A stretch of DNA of 64,000 bases from Candidatus Omnitrophota bacterium (GTDB lineage Bacteria; Omnitrophota; Gorgyraeia; JABMRG01; JAFGKX01): positions 6,921 through 70,920 of the forward strand of contig JAZDPX010000006.1 of the NCBI GenBank assembly GCA_043797125.1. The letters run 5' to 3'. Shown here piece by piece: positions 49,600 through 59,200 of the stretch. The notes beneath the pieces are model-generated. The model had not been told where the DNA came from, ran no database searches, and saw nothing but the letters and a program-made list of their open reading frames with translations. A program made the translations under genes and the position numbers. Position 1 is the stretch's first letter; every line of letters begins with the position of its first letter.

Positions 49600-50633
49600 A
49601 ACATCTCCTTAACAGACTTGACTATGTCCGTCGCGTTGCGATAAAATGCATCTTCCAGCACCGGGCTGCAAGGCGTGGGCGTATCGGGAAGAGCAACTGT
49701 GCGGATGCCAGATTTAAGATAAGGTCTTATTTTATTGAAAAGGCGCCCTGCCAGAATTTCTGCAGCGCCTGAACTTTGCCAGCCCAGGTCGGCAATCACT
49801 AAACGGCCTGTTTTCTTAACTGATCCTATTACAATATCCTCATCTAATGGATTGAGTGCGCGTAAATCTATAATTTCAATATCGATGCCATCCTGCTTTA
49901 ATACACCAGCAGCTTTCTGGGCCTCCGACACCATTAAAGACAGTGCGACAACCGTCGCATCGCTGCCGGATTTTCTTATGAATCCTTTCCCGATAGGAAT
50001 CAAATATTCGTTTTTTGGAACATGTTGACGCATATCGTAAAGCCAGCGATGTTCAATAAAGACAACAGGATTATTATCGGCGATGCTAGCCAGTAATAAT
50101 CCCTTGGCATCATAAGCGCATGACGGCATAACAACCTTTAGTCCCGGCATATGCATGAATAAAGCGTGAAGGCTCTGGGAGTGCTGAGCTGCCGAACCCC
50201 AGCCTCTACCGATAAGTGCGCGTATAACTAAAGGGACACGCACTTTTCCACCGGACATATAACAAAACTTCGCCGCGTGGTTCAAGATCTGGTCAAAAGA
50301 CAAAGGAATAAAATCCATTCTCATGTGCACAAGAACCGGCCTCATGCCGGCAAGGGCCGCCCCTGTTACAAAACCTGTAAGTGCGTTTTCTGCTATTGGC
50401 GTATCAAAAACCCTACCCTTAAATTCTTTGTGCAGGTTAAGCGTTGAACCAAAAACCCCTCCCGGATCATCTACGCCCTCCCCCATAACAAAAACATTTG
50501 CATCTTTTTTTAATGCCTGAAAAAGGGCTTCTCGTAAGGCCTCCGCATAAGACAATGGCCTTGCCCCTTTTGGCGGCTGGCCTTGTGATAAATCTTCAAC
50601 GGCATTATCAACGGCAATCTTTGTCCATGGCAT
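49596..50633 (-). CDS. 2-oxoacid dehydrogenase E1 component beta subunit-like (transketolase-like Pyr and C-terminal domains)
   Basis: 345 aa. FVMGEGVDDPGGVFGSTLNLHKEFKGRVFDTPIAENALTGFVTGAALAGMRPV is the PDH/acetoin-DH E1 beta signature. No E2/E3 genes nearby. Confidence 0.85.
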   Translation of the reverse strand: MPWTKIAVDNAVEDLSQGQPPKGARPLSYAEALREALFQALKKDANVFVMGEGVDDPGGVFGSTLNLHKEFKGRVFDTPIAENALTGFVTGAALAGMRPVLVHMRMDFIPLSFDQILNHAAKFCYMSGGKVRVPLVIRALIGRGWGSAAQHSQSLHALFMHMPGLKVVMPSCAYDAKGLLLASIADNNPVVFIEHRWLYDMRQHVPKNEYLIPIGKGFIRKSGSDATVVALSLMVSEAQKAAGVLKQDGIDIEIIDLRALNPLDEDIVIGSVKKTGRLVIADLGWQSSGAAEILAGRLFNKIRPYLKSGIRTVALPDTPTPCSPVLEDAFYRNATDIVKSVKEMF

Positions 50634-50635
50634 GA

Positions 50636-51616
50636 TTAATCCTCGTAATAAACATTTCGATAAACATCTTCTTTTTCTGGAAACGGGCTATTTTTGGCAA
50701 AACGGACTGCTACTTCAATTTCTTTTTGAATTAGTGAATGCAAATTAACAATCTGCTGTTGCGTCAATATATTTTTTTTCAAACAATACGCCTCAATTCT
50801 TTTGAGAGGACATCGCCGTATCCAAATATCCACTTCATGTTTTGGGCGATACCCTTTTTCCGCATCGCAATCAGGTCCCACGTGGCTCTTCCAACGGTAC
50901 GTGCGGCACTCCAGAAGAAACGGCCCTTTACCTTCTCTTACCTTCTTCAGTAACCTTCCTGACAATTCCCATATTTTTAAAGCGTCGTTGCCGTCACACC
51001 GAAAACCCGGAATACCAAAAATCTTCCCTCTTTTAAAAATATTATCCAGAGGCTGGCGGGCTTTCTGCGAAGAGTTGGTGGCATAAAAGTTATTCTCACA
51101 GACAAATAAAACACGCAATTTTTTCAAGGCGGCAAAATTAAGGCTTTCGTAAAATACGCCTTCATCAGTTGCGCCATCCCCAAAAAACGCGACTGCCACA
51201 CGTTTTTCCTTCCTAAATTTTATGCTCAGAGCGGCCCCCACTGCCAATGGAATACCGCCTCCGACAATCGCCGATGTAGCAAAAATCCCTACGCTAGGAT
51301 CAGCCAAATGCATAGAACCGCCCTTCCCGCGGCAAGAACCGGTCCTTTTGCCGTAGAGTTCGGCCATCATCGCGTCTGTCGCCATGCCCTTGGCGATACA
51401 GTGGCCGTGGCATCGGTGTGTCGTAAATACGTAATCCTCTTTTGTTAAATGCGCGCAAACCGCTGCGGCAGGCGCCTCCTGCCCTAGACATAAATGAACA
51501 GGCGTTCTTATCTCCTGCTGCGGATAGAGGGCAACTATGCGCTCTTCAAAGAGACGAATCTTAAGCATTGTCGCGTAAATGGCCCTTATGCAATCCTTGT
51601 GTGAACCTGAATTCAT
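50636..51616 (-). CDS. 2-oxoacid dehydrogenase E1 component alpha subunit-like (ThDP-binding)
   Basis: 326 aa. ThDP motif FFGDGATDEGVFYESLNFAALKKLRVLFVCENNFYA and HRCHGHCIAKG. Confidence 0.85.
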   Translation of the reverse strand: MNSGSHKDCIRAIYATMLKIRLFEERIVALYPQQEIRTPVHLCLGQEAPAAAVCAHLTKEDYVFTTHRCHGHCIAKGMATDAMMAELYGKRTGSCRGKGGSMHLADPSVGIFATSAIVGGGIPLAVGAALSIKFRKEKRVAVAFFGDGATDEGVFYESLNFAALKKLRVLFVCENNFYATNSSQKARQPLDNIFKRGKIFGIPGFRCDGNDALKIWELSGRLLKKVREGKGPFLLECRTYRWKSHVGPDCDAEKGYRPKHEVDIWIRRCPLKRIEAYCLKKNILTQQQIVNLHSLIQKEIEVAVRFAKNSPFPEKEDVYRNVYYED

Positions 51617-51633
51617 ATTCTACTTTTTTTGCC

Positions 51634-52701
51634 TTAAATAAAGTTAATATGCAAAGCTGGGTGCTTTAGCTCCCAAAGATAACTGTTAATCTTATCCAAG
51701 CGACAAACCTCGCGACACTTACCCGCATCCAGCTTAACAGCAGCTCTGTGGATAATGGCTGCTCGGCGTTTGCCGGCCATTATTTTCTTAAAGCTGTCTT
51801 GATAAATATTGCCGTAACAAAACTCTTTCTTTCCCAAAAACGCACTGCAGGCATATATATCACCGCAAGCGTTAATATACGCCCAAAACGGCAGCCCTAA
51901 ACAATGCTGATAATCCCTGCCCTTACCGATGCGATTCATCGTCTCGCTCCGAAAAATAACCTTAAATGTCTTATCCTCCGTCTTCTTCAGGGTTTTTGCT
52001 AGCGCCGTATGATCTTCGCAAGCAAAGCGCTGGTCTATCGCAGAATTGCTAAGGGGATGTTGCGAATATGGCTTGATTGTCAGGTAATCAACACCCATAC
52101 CTTTTAAAATTTTTGCCAGAGTAAGCGCCTCATGCACATTCTCCGGGATCATCAAGAATTGAACGCCAATAACGACCGGTGATTTCTTTTGTTTTTTGAT
52201 CAAGACAGCCGCCTTAATGTTATCTAAAACTATTGAGAAATCCTGTTTCCTGGCGCGGTGGACGCGCGCATAATTCCCGGGCGTTGCGGCATTAAGGCTT
52301 ATGCGTATCCAGGCAAGAGAACTCAATATCTTTTCCGAAACGGCCTTACTCAATAACACCCCGTTTGTAGTTATCGCAACATCAATCTCGCATTTTTTTG
52401 TGAATAACACAATTTTATCAATATCCTTGTTCAGCAAAGGCTCTCCTTCTCCCGCATACATAATACTTTTGACGCCTAAGGACGCCGCTTGCGTAACAGT
52501 TTTTCTTAAGATGTCAAAATCCAAAAACCTCGTCTGATAACTCAAGTAATCAAGGGCGCAAAAAATGCAACGTTGGTTACAACCGCCTGCAGGAGCTATT
52601 TCTAAATAGATAGGACAGATACTTTTACCCCGTAGCCATTCATTGACCCTATCAACATGAAAAATAAGTTTATGGCTGTCTATCCTGAAAAAATCACTCA
52701 T
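51634..52701 (-). CDS. Radical SAM / SPASM-domain enzyme (paralog of 47698-48801)
   Basis: 355 aa. CNQRCIFCA cluster motif. C-terminal Cys-rich region CSAFLGKKEFCYG...CREVCRLDK. Confidence 0.7.
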   Translation of the reverse strand: MSDFFRIDSHKLIFHVDRVNEWLRGKSICPIYLEIAPAGGCNQRCIFCALDYLSYQTRFLDFDILRKTVTQAASLGVKSIMYAGEGEPLLNKDIDKIVLFTKKCEIDVAITTNGVLLSKAVSEKILSSLAWIRISLNAATPGNYARVHRARKQDFSIVLDNIKAAVLIKKQKKSPVVIGVQFLMIPENVHEALTLAKILKGMGVDYLTIKPYSQHPLSNSAIDQRFACEDHTALAKTLKKTEDKTFKVIFRSETMNRIGKGRDYQHCLGLPFWAYINACGDIYACSAFLGKKEFCYGNIYQDSFKKIMAGKRRAAIIHRAAVKLDAGKCREVCRLDKINSYLWELKHPALHINFI

Positions 52702-53642
52702 CGCCTTGCGCCTTTGTGGTGAATCAATGCCTCCACATTTTTATTAACCTTTTCAGGGCTAATAAATTCCATACAATTTTTCTTTTGCGTGCATGTTGTG
52801 TGCAAACAAGGAACGCACTTATAAGGGGCATCGGGAAGAATTTTAACACCTCTTTCATAAAGATATATCTCTCTTGAAGATGTCGGCCCAAAGAGCACAA
52901 TAATCTTTTTTTTCAGCGCAATTCCCAAATGCATTCCTAAGCTGTCATTTGTAATAACCAGCCGGCATGAATTAATCCAATCCATATACTCATGCAGGTT
53001 GGTAAGTCCCTTCTGCCACGTGATTGAAAATTGCCTTTTAAGCAAACGTTCTAGCGCCTTCCAATGCTTTTTAGGCCAGGCTTTATTAGGCCATTTACTG
53101 CCTACAGCCCAGTTAAAACCTATATCATATTTAATTTTAGAATGAGGGGTATATCCCAAGACATAATCATCTTTCTCTGTCCATTTATTTTTAATGATGG
53201 AAGCCAATGCTTCCTGCCAGTATCTCATATTGCCCCTTTTTATGTCAGGGTCTAAACACAGCGCCAGATATTTCTCCGCGCCGTCATAGGCTTGTGCTAC
53301 GCCCCGCTCAGTATCAAACCTGAATCCAAAACGACGCCAGGCATTAATAGAATCGGAAAACGCGCAAATTCCTGGGCTTTTCTCAAGATTGATAACCGTA
53401 TCAAACCTTTCCCGCTGCAACTGTAAAACTGACTCAAGATTAAAAATTAATATCCGCCGTATAAGGGGATTGCCTTCCAGCAACGGATATGCCTTTTCAT
53501 CCACAAGCCAGGTGACATCATCGTTTTTCAGGTAATGAAGGATAACTGTAGTCCTTAGAATATCGCCCAGGCTCGTCGTAGTTCCGACCTCTTTATCCAG
53601 CGTTTCCGAGTAGCCTAATTTAATAATAAGTACCTTTTCCAT
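52698..53642 (-). CDS. GT9-family glycosyltransferase (heptosyltransferase-like)
   Basis: 314 aa. C-terminal NDSLGMHLGIALKKKIIVLFGPTSS is the GT9 signature. Confidence 0.7.
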   Translation of the reverse strand: MEKVLIIKLGYSETLDKEVGTTTSLGDILRTTVILHYLKNDDVTWLVDEKAYPLLEGNPLIRRILIFNLESVLQLQRERFDTVINLEKSPGICAFSDSINAWRRFGFRFDTERGVAQAYDGAEKYLALCLDPDIKRGNMRYWQEALASIIKNKWTEKDDYVLGYTPHSKIKYDIGFNWAVGSKWPNKAWPKKHWKALERLLKRQFSITWQKGLTNLHEYMDWINSCRLVITNDSLGMHLGIALKKKIIVLFGPTSSREIYLYERGVKILPDAPYKCVPCLHTTCTQKKNCMEFISPEKVNKNVEALIHHKGARR

Positions 53643-53671
53643 TTTTTCACCTCTATATATATCATCTATAA

Positions 53672-55612
53672 TTATGAACTCAAACGGACTTTTCCTAATA
53701 TCACTCTTCCCAGAGAATCAACCCGCTCATCCTGGCCTACAGGTAAAATCTGGCCGTCGCCCAAAACAAATAGACTCATCTTTACCTCGCAGCTTCCCTG
53801 CATAATGTTGTCGGGAATACTAACATAATGATGTTCTTGGATGACTTCGCCTTCAGGGAATGCATCGGGAGGATAAATCCTATAACCAAAACTATGCATT
53901 TTTTGAAAAATAATATCTCCTTTTGGCCCTAAAAAATTCAGGGAAAGCCCAAGCGGATGCCCAGCTTCACCCAGGCGCTTCCAGTAGTAAACAAAATGAA
54001 TAACGTTTCCAGACGCATTGTGTTCCCTGATGATATCATACCCTAAAAAAGCTATCTTGTCAGCGAAGTTTATATTGAATTTGCTTTTAACAGACAAGTC
54101 CGATCCCGGCTTGCACAATGCATCTGTTTTTGCGCCATCCTTTGTAAATAACACTACATCGTCCCTTGCATCCTGCACGCGCCAGTTCCCGCGCTCAAGA
54201 AAAGTACGGATGTTGGCAGGGGCATCCGGCGGAAAAAAGGAACCAACCATCAAAGACTCATTAAAATCCACCAATACATATTCCAGGCCTTCCGGTGGTA
54301 CGTATTTTGTCTGAGTATACATTTTATACCCCATTGACACCAAGTGCAACGAATAAAGGTCCTTCCTGTTAGCCAGGTGCGGCAAAAATTGAAAAGTGGC
54401 CATTACGGATGCGTTAGGGGGAATACTTTGAACTAATCTCTGCTTCGCCCTAGCCGCATCGTCAATTGAAAATGATCTGACATACTCTCGAATGCGCAGC
54501 TGAGGCGCCTCCAAAAAAAATCCGGCCAGAATAGAGACTGACAAAAAAGCGGCCAAAAAAAAGTAACGATAAGCATGACCAGCTTTTAATCCCAAATTTT
54601 TCTTTAATGTCCATACCGTAGATACGAATATGAAAGGCACAAGTAAGGCCGTATAGTGATAATTAATCTGAGAGTGCGGCCACATCGAGGATAGAAGATT
54701 CTGGGCAAAAATCGGCAAGGTCATCAATAAAACTCCCGGGCTAAAAAATCCCAGAAAACCAACGGGGAGAAAAAGAAAAAGGGGATAAAAATATTTTCCG
54801 CGACTGAAAGCAAAACGCAAAACCGCCAGAGGATGCACCATGGTTGTTTGAAGCATCGCCAGCATAGTGCTGCCTAAGTGGCGGTAATAACTGCTAAAGA
54901 TAAAACCTTCCTGATATAAGTTAGAGTCTTTGGCAAAATACGGAATGACGATTTTAACCGCCAGGAAAAACCATCCTGCGCCTAATAAGAGCGGCGTCAC
55001 AATCCACCGTAAAGACCTTCGCCGCAGAATACCATAGAAACCAAACATAAAAACCACAAGGCTGACATTCTCTTTGCACAAAAGAGCCAAAAGAATAAAG
55101 ATCATGAACTTTTTAAAATTTCCCCTTTCAAAATAAAGAATCGCAAAAAAGAGAAAAAATATTTCATATATTTCAAAATGGGTTTCAAAAAGATTGATGA
55201 ATCCTATGGAAGGATACAATAAATAAGCAAGGCTGACCGCCAGCGCAAAGGGTCTATCAAGTTTAGATGCGGCAAAAAGGTATAAAGGATAGGCAGCCAA
55301 CCCCAGGAAAAGGCTTTGCAAAAAAAGCAGCGTCAGAGGATGTTGAAAAACCGCGTAAATAGGGATTATAAAAAAAATGATTAGATACAGGTGGGCCCCA
55401 AAGATATTTTGTTCCAAAAAAGGATAATATAACAGCCGGCCATGAGCGCTGTTGTAGAGAATAGTCAAATCACTGGCGAAATCCCAGTCAAAATAGCCGA
55501 AGGCATAATATTTTAAAAAAGAGAGGTAGCAAAAAATGACGACATGAGCAGCAATCATCAGCCAAATGATTTTATCGCAAGTCACCTTCGGTATTTTACT
55601 GTTTTTATCCAT
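53672..55612 (-). CDS. Large polytopic membrane protein (tentatively DUF2079-like, putative GT-C glycosyltransferase) with a C-terminal soluble domain
   Basis: The ORF track gives 53672-55678; the likely start is the internal MDKNSK, which abuts the stop of the upstream gene. About 12 TM helices over 400 aa, then a ~250-aa beta-rich C-terminal domain. The AHGRLLYYPFLEQNIFGAHLYL motif is in the first loop. Confidence 0.45.
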   Translation of the reverse strand: MDKNSKIPKVTCDKIIWLMIAAHVVIFCYLSFLKYYAFGYFDWDFASDLTILYNSAHGRLLYYPFLEQNIFGAHLYLIIFFIIPIYAVFQHPLTLLFLQSLFLGLAAYPLYLFAASKLDRPFALAVSLAYLLYPSIGFINLFETHFEIYEIFFLFFAILYFERGNFKKFMIFILLALLCKENVSLVVFMFGFYGILRRRSLRWIVTPLLLGAGWFFLAVKIVIPYFAKDSNLYQEGFIFSSYYRHLGSTMLAMLQTTMVHPLAVLRFAFSRGKYFYPLFLFLPVGFLGFFSPGVLLMTLPIFAQNLLSSMWPHSQINYHYTALLVPFIFVSTVWTLKKNLGLKAGHAYRYFFLAAFLSVSILAGFFLEAPQLRIREYVRSFSIDDAARAKQRLVQSIPPNASVMATFQFLPHLANRKDLYSLHLVSMGYKMYTQTKYVPPEGLEYVLVDFNESLMVGSFFPPDAPANIRTFLERGNWRVQDARDDVVLFTKDGAKTDALCKPGSDLSVKSKFNINFADKIAFLGYDIIREHNASGNVIHFVYYWKRLGEAGHPLGLSLNFLGPKGDIIFQKMHSFGYRIYPPDAFPEGEVIQEHHYVSIPDNIMQGSCEVKMSLFVLGDGQILPVGQDERVDSLGRVILGKVRLSS

Positions 55613-55614
55613 TA

Positions 55615-57075
55615 TTAAAATAGGTTTCTGAAAAAGGACTTGAGTAAACTCATGCTTAGGCGCGTTAAAGAAGACCACTCCTGCAGGCTTAAATACCAGC
55701 GCTCAGGAAGGTAAAACCATCCTGCAGGGCCAACGCGTTTTACCAAAAGCCTAAAAACCTTTTTAGGCCTTAGGGAAAAAAACAGATTGGCTCTGACAAT
55801 ATCCCTTTTTAAAATTTTCTCATCGCAGTCCACAGGCACATAGGGCAGTCTTGTCTCTGTAAGAGAATCGCTTACAAGCGAGCCGCAGGCATTCAAATTA
55901 GACCAATCTTTTTCCGCAAAAATACGTCCTTCTTTCTTGGCCATTTCATAGAGTTGCGTGCCGGGATACGGAGTCGCGTTGTTAAACCTCACATAATCTA
56001 AATCCATCTGCCTGGCCATGCGGTAAGCGCTTAAGCGATCAGCTCTTGTCTCTGTCGGGAGGCCGAAAATAAAAGTCCCTGAAACGCCGAGTCCGTGTTT
56101 TTTGACCAGCTTCACGGCCTCGATGTTCTGGCGCACAGTTTCTTTTTTATTGAGTAAAACCATTAACCTTTCCGAAGAGGTCTCAAAACCGAAATTAATC
56201 AAACGGAATCCGGCCTTTCTAAGCAGGCTCAAGATTTGGCCATTGACGGCATCTGCTCTTGTCTGACAATCAAACGTCACCTTCTCATGTAGCTTACTGT
56301 TAATAATTCCTTCGCATAGTTGAATAACTCTTTGTTGATTAGCGGTGAAGTTATCGTCAACAAAATTGATATGTATTTGATGATATTTATTTACGAGAAG
56401 ATCTATATCTCTTAGCACTGCTTCTGCTGGAAAATAGCGGTATCTCTGTCCGGAAATATTTCGTTGACTGCAGAATATACAATCGTAGGGGCAGCCTCTG
56501 GAGCTGGCGATAAAACCAAAATTGTACCTGTTAGGCTTATTATTAAAAAGATGGTATGGGAAAGGGGCAAGAACGCTTAAATCAGGCAATTCGGCATTAG
56601 GATTATGAATAATCCGGCCATTGGTTCTATAAGAAAGGCCGCAAATACGAGTTACATCCCTGTTTTCTTTAATGGCCTCGCAAAACTCAAGCAGCGTATT
56701 CTCTGCCTCTCTTCTAAGTACATAATCAATATCCCTGTTGCCCAATACCTCATCGGGCATAACCGTCGGATGAATGCCACCCATTACTATTTTTGATTCC
56801 GGGTAAAGGCCCTTGATTATCCCGACTATTTCATAGCTTCTTTTTGCGCAAGCAGTCAACGTTGAAATTCCAAAAAGATAAGGAGGGGAAAATAATGCAG
56901 CGCTCTTTCTAATTAGCTCTTCGGATATAGGGTTAATGTGCTCATCAAGGACGCTAACCTTATGCCCTTTTGAAAGCAGAGAACCGGCCAAATACCCTAA
57001 TCCTATAGGGACGCTTAAAGGGACGTAACGCTCAAATATGCCAAATTTTGTTGATTTCGGATTGATTAAAATCAT
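55615..57075 (-). CDS. B12-binding-domain radical SAM enzyme (class B; probable methyltransferase or tailoring enzyme)
   Basis: 486 aa. N-terminal cobalamin-binding Rossmann domain (MILINPKST...SVPIGLGYLAGSLLSKGHKV), then CPYDCIFCSQ, the CxxxCxxC radical SAM motif. Confidence 0.8.
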   Translation of the reverse strand: MILINPKSTKFGIFERYVPLSVPIGLGYLAGSLLSKGHKVSVLDEHINPISEELIRKSAALFSPPYLFGISTLTACAKRSYEIVGIIKGLYPESKIVMGGIHPTVMPDEVLGNRDIDYVLRREAENTLLEFCEAIKENRDVTRICGLSYRTNGRIIHNPNAELPDLSVLAPFPYHLFNNKPNRYNFGFIASSRGCPYDCIFCSQRNISGQRYRYFPAEAVLRDIDLLVNKYHQIHINFVDDNFTANQQRVIQLCEGIINSKLHEKVTFDCQTRADAVNGQILSLLRKAGFRLINFGFETSSERLMVLLNKKETVRQNIEAVKLVKKHGLGVSGTFIFGLPTETRADRLSAYRMARQMDLDYVRFNNATPYPGTQLYEMAKKEGRIFAEKDWSNLNACGSLVSDSLTETRLPYVPVDCDEKILKRDIVRANLFFSLRPKKVFRLLVKRVGPAGWFYLPERWYLSLQEWSSLTRLSMSLLKSFFRNLF

Positions 57076-57110
57076 GCTGTAAGTATATCAAAAAACACAT
57101 ATTAACACAA

Positions 57111-59138
57111 CTAAACTTTGTGTAACGATTTAACCCTTTTTGGCTCCTTAAGCAATCTCTTTGCTTCCTTTATAAACATTTTTACCTGTTCGTCTGTGGG
57201 GTCTAACAATAATGCCGTCTCAAATTCCCTCAATGCCTCCCTAAAACGATTAAGGCGCGTGTAGGTTACGCCTAAGTTTTTATGGACATCAATATCAAGC
57301 GGACTAATCTTTGCCGCCTTTAAAAAGGCGTCAAATGCCTCGTCGTAATTGCCCAGTTTCGATAACGCAATACCTTTGGCATTTTGAACCATAACATTCA
57401 TTGGGCATATATCTTCTGCTATTTTTATAGCCAGCAGCGTATTTTTTGGCATATCAAGATCATAAAAAAATCTTGCCATGTTAATATAAGAGGCGGGATA
57501 ATATGCTTCTTTTTTGGCTATTTTTATGAGATTTTGCGACGGCTCTATTTTAAAATTTTCTAATTTAATCCTGTTTTTCTTTATCATACCTTTAAGTTGA
57601 GGGATATTGCGCGCAAATATAACAGAGTTTACATCCAAAAATACCAATTCCCAGTTTTTGCTGTGATATAGAAAATTAAAAAGTTCTTTAGAAATACCGG
57701 ATATCTCTGCGAAATATAATACAACAAAACCTACATTTTTCTCTTTGGCAAGTTGGTCTATTTTTTCTGGATTCATAAAATAGCTGTGGTATTCTTCGAT
57801 AAAATCATCACCGTAGACCTCTGTCCTCCCATCTATAAAAACCTTATAATCAGGGAAGAGCTTGCGCACCATATAAGCGCCGCAGTTAAAATGATTAAAT
57901 ATATTGACATGCGCCTTGGAATCTTTTATAAAATTTGCGCAAGCTTCAGGGCAAATAAGTTCATTGACTCCAAAAACAATGCTTTTTGCGTCTCCTTTTA
58001 AATTATATATATACTTTGTCCTTAAAAAGCCGTTTGCTTCGCTTGTGCAACCCAATATTATAAGCAAACAAGCAACTGTTGCAATCAGATTACAATACAA
58101 AGGTTTTATTGTCGGAATATCATAATTTAAAATTTTTATCCTTATTCCGTTAAATTCTTTTAAGTTAAATAAAGCAAACATACCGCTAGATAAGGCGAAT
58201 ATTGCAACGTGCCTTCTGGCTTTCAAAAAAAGCGCAAGGCAGATAAAAAAAACAATTATGTCAAATATGCATATCCTCTTTATGTTTAAAAGCAGGCTTG
58301 AGAAAAAAATAAAAAGGAGCAAAAAAAGGCAAAGATCTCTCCCGAAAACTACATCAAATAAGTTAGTCGGCCTTAATTCCGCTATAAACTTGAATGCAAA
58401 CTCATCTTCTTTTTGCAGCGTTGATGACATAACCCTAAATGGATAGCTTAGGCCTTCTAAGAAATTTGGGTTAACTAAACAGGCAAGTATTAATAAAAAT
58501 AAAAGCCATGTAAGCCTTTTTAAATTGTTATAACTTATTTTATTCTCATTCCAGAAAAATGGTAATGGGACATTGCGTTCTATAATCTTGGATATAAGGT
58601 ATAAAAATAAAATAACAGGGCCTGTTATAAAGTAGCCGTGGATATTAACCCATAAAATTTGAAGCGGTATAAGTAAAAATATACGCCTTTTATCATAATG
58701 TTCCTTTATAAGATAAAGAAATATGCCGGTAAACAGCAGAGATACGATATCAGGCCGGCAAAATAGCCTCGCGCGCATTAACTGAAATGAGGCAAAAATA
58801 ACAAGCAAAGAAAGGATAAAATATTTGTTTCGCCTTGCTATTAAATATAAAATAAAAAGAAGTGCTGACATGACAATAAAACATAAAATAACCAGCCCGC
58901 TAAAACCCGCTATTTTAAAAATAAGGTATGTGAAAAGCTGGAAAAGCCATTCATGGTCAACCCATTTCTTTCCTTCAATCATATAGGAATAAAGCTGCTC
59001 GGTGGGAACTCTAAGGTTCTGGAAAATCCATTCGCCGGTTTTAATATGAAGGTTTATATCATATTCCTGGATTTGCACCAAAGCAAACAAGCTTGCAATA
59101 AAACAAATATATATATAAACTGCCTTTTTTAGATACAT
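57111..59138 (-). CDS. Polytopic membrane protein with C-terminal TPR repeats (TMTC/PMT-like GT-C protein O-glycosyltransferase candidate)
   Basis: 675 aa. About 11 TM helices. Acidic loop-1 motif KKWVDHEWLFQ after TM1. The C-terminal ~130 aa are TPR-like (AYYPASYINMARFFYDL...NYDEAFDAFLKAAKISP...FREALREFETALLLDP). Lies directly downstream of the two pseudopilin genes. Confidence 0.5.
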   Translation of the reverse strand: MYLKKAVYIYICFIASLFALVQIQEYDINLHIKTGEWIFQNLRVPTEQLYSYMIEGKKWVDHEWLFQLFTYLIFKIAGFSGLVILCFIVMSALLFILYLIARRNKYFILSLLVIFASFQLMRARLFCRPDIVSLLFTGIFLYLIKEHYDKRRIFLLIPLQILWVNIHGYFITGPVILFLYLISKIIERNVPLPFFWNENKISYNNLKRLTWLLFLLILACLVNPNFLEGLSYPFRVMSSTLQKEDEFAFKFIAELRPTNLFDVVFGRDLCLFLLLFIFFSSLLLNIKRICIFDIIVFFICLALFLKARRHVAIFALSSGMFALFNLKEFNGIRIKILNYDIPTIKPLYCNLIATVACLLIILGCTSEANGFLRTKYIYNLKGDAKSIVFGVNELICPEACANFIKDSKAHVNIFNHFNCGAYMVRKLFPDYKVFIDGRTEVYGDDFIEEYHSYFMNPEKIDQLAKEKNVGFVVLYFAEISGISKELFNFLYHSKNWELVFLDVNSVIFARNIPQLKGMIKKNRIKLENFKIEPSQNLIKIAKKEAYYPASYINMARFFYDLDMPKNTLLAIKIAEDICPMNVMVQNAKGIALSKLGNYDEAFDAFLKAAKISPLDIDVHKNLGVTYTRLNRFREALREFETALLLDPTDEQVKMFIKEAKRLLKEPKRVKSLHKV

Positions 59139-59141
59139 AAT

Positions 59142-59171
59142 AAAAAGGCCGGGATCTAAAAATCTCGGCCT
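59142..59171 (-). terminator. Intrinsic-terminator-like hairpin plus U-run, 3 nt upstream of the start codon of 57111-59138
   Basis: Minus-strand RNA: aaggccgagau-uuuuag-aucccggccuu followed by UUUUUAUU, then AUG. No Shine-Dalgarno sequence between the hairpin and the AUG. Confidence 0.5.
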
Positions 59172-59200
59172 TTAAAAAACATTTGCTATATTAATGATTA

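Noticed and set aside
55615-55678. 64-bp overlap between the B12-rSAM gene end and the listed start of the DUF2079-like gene
   Set aside because: Most likely an ORF-caller artefact from choosing the most upstream start; the internal start MDKNSK gives a 2-nt gap typical of translational coupling.
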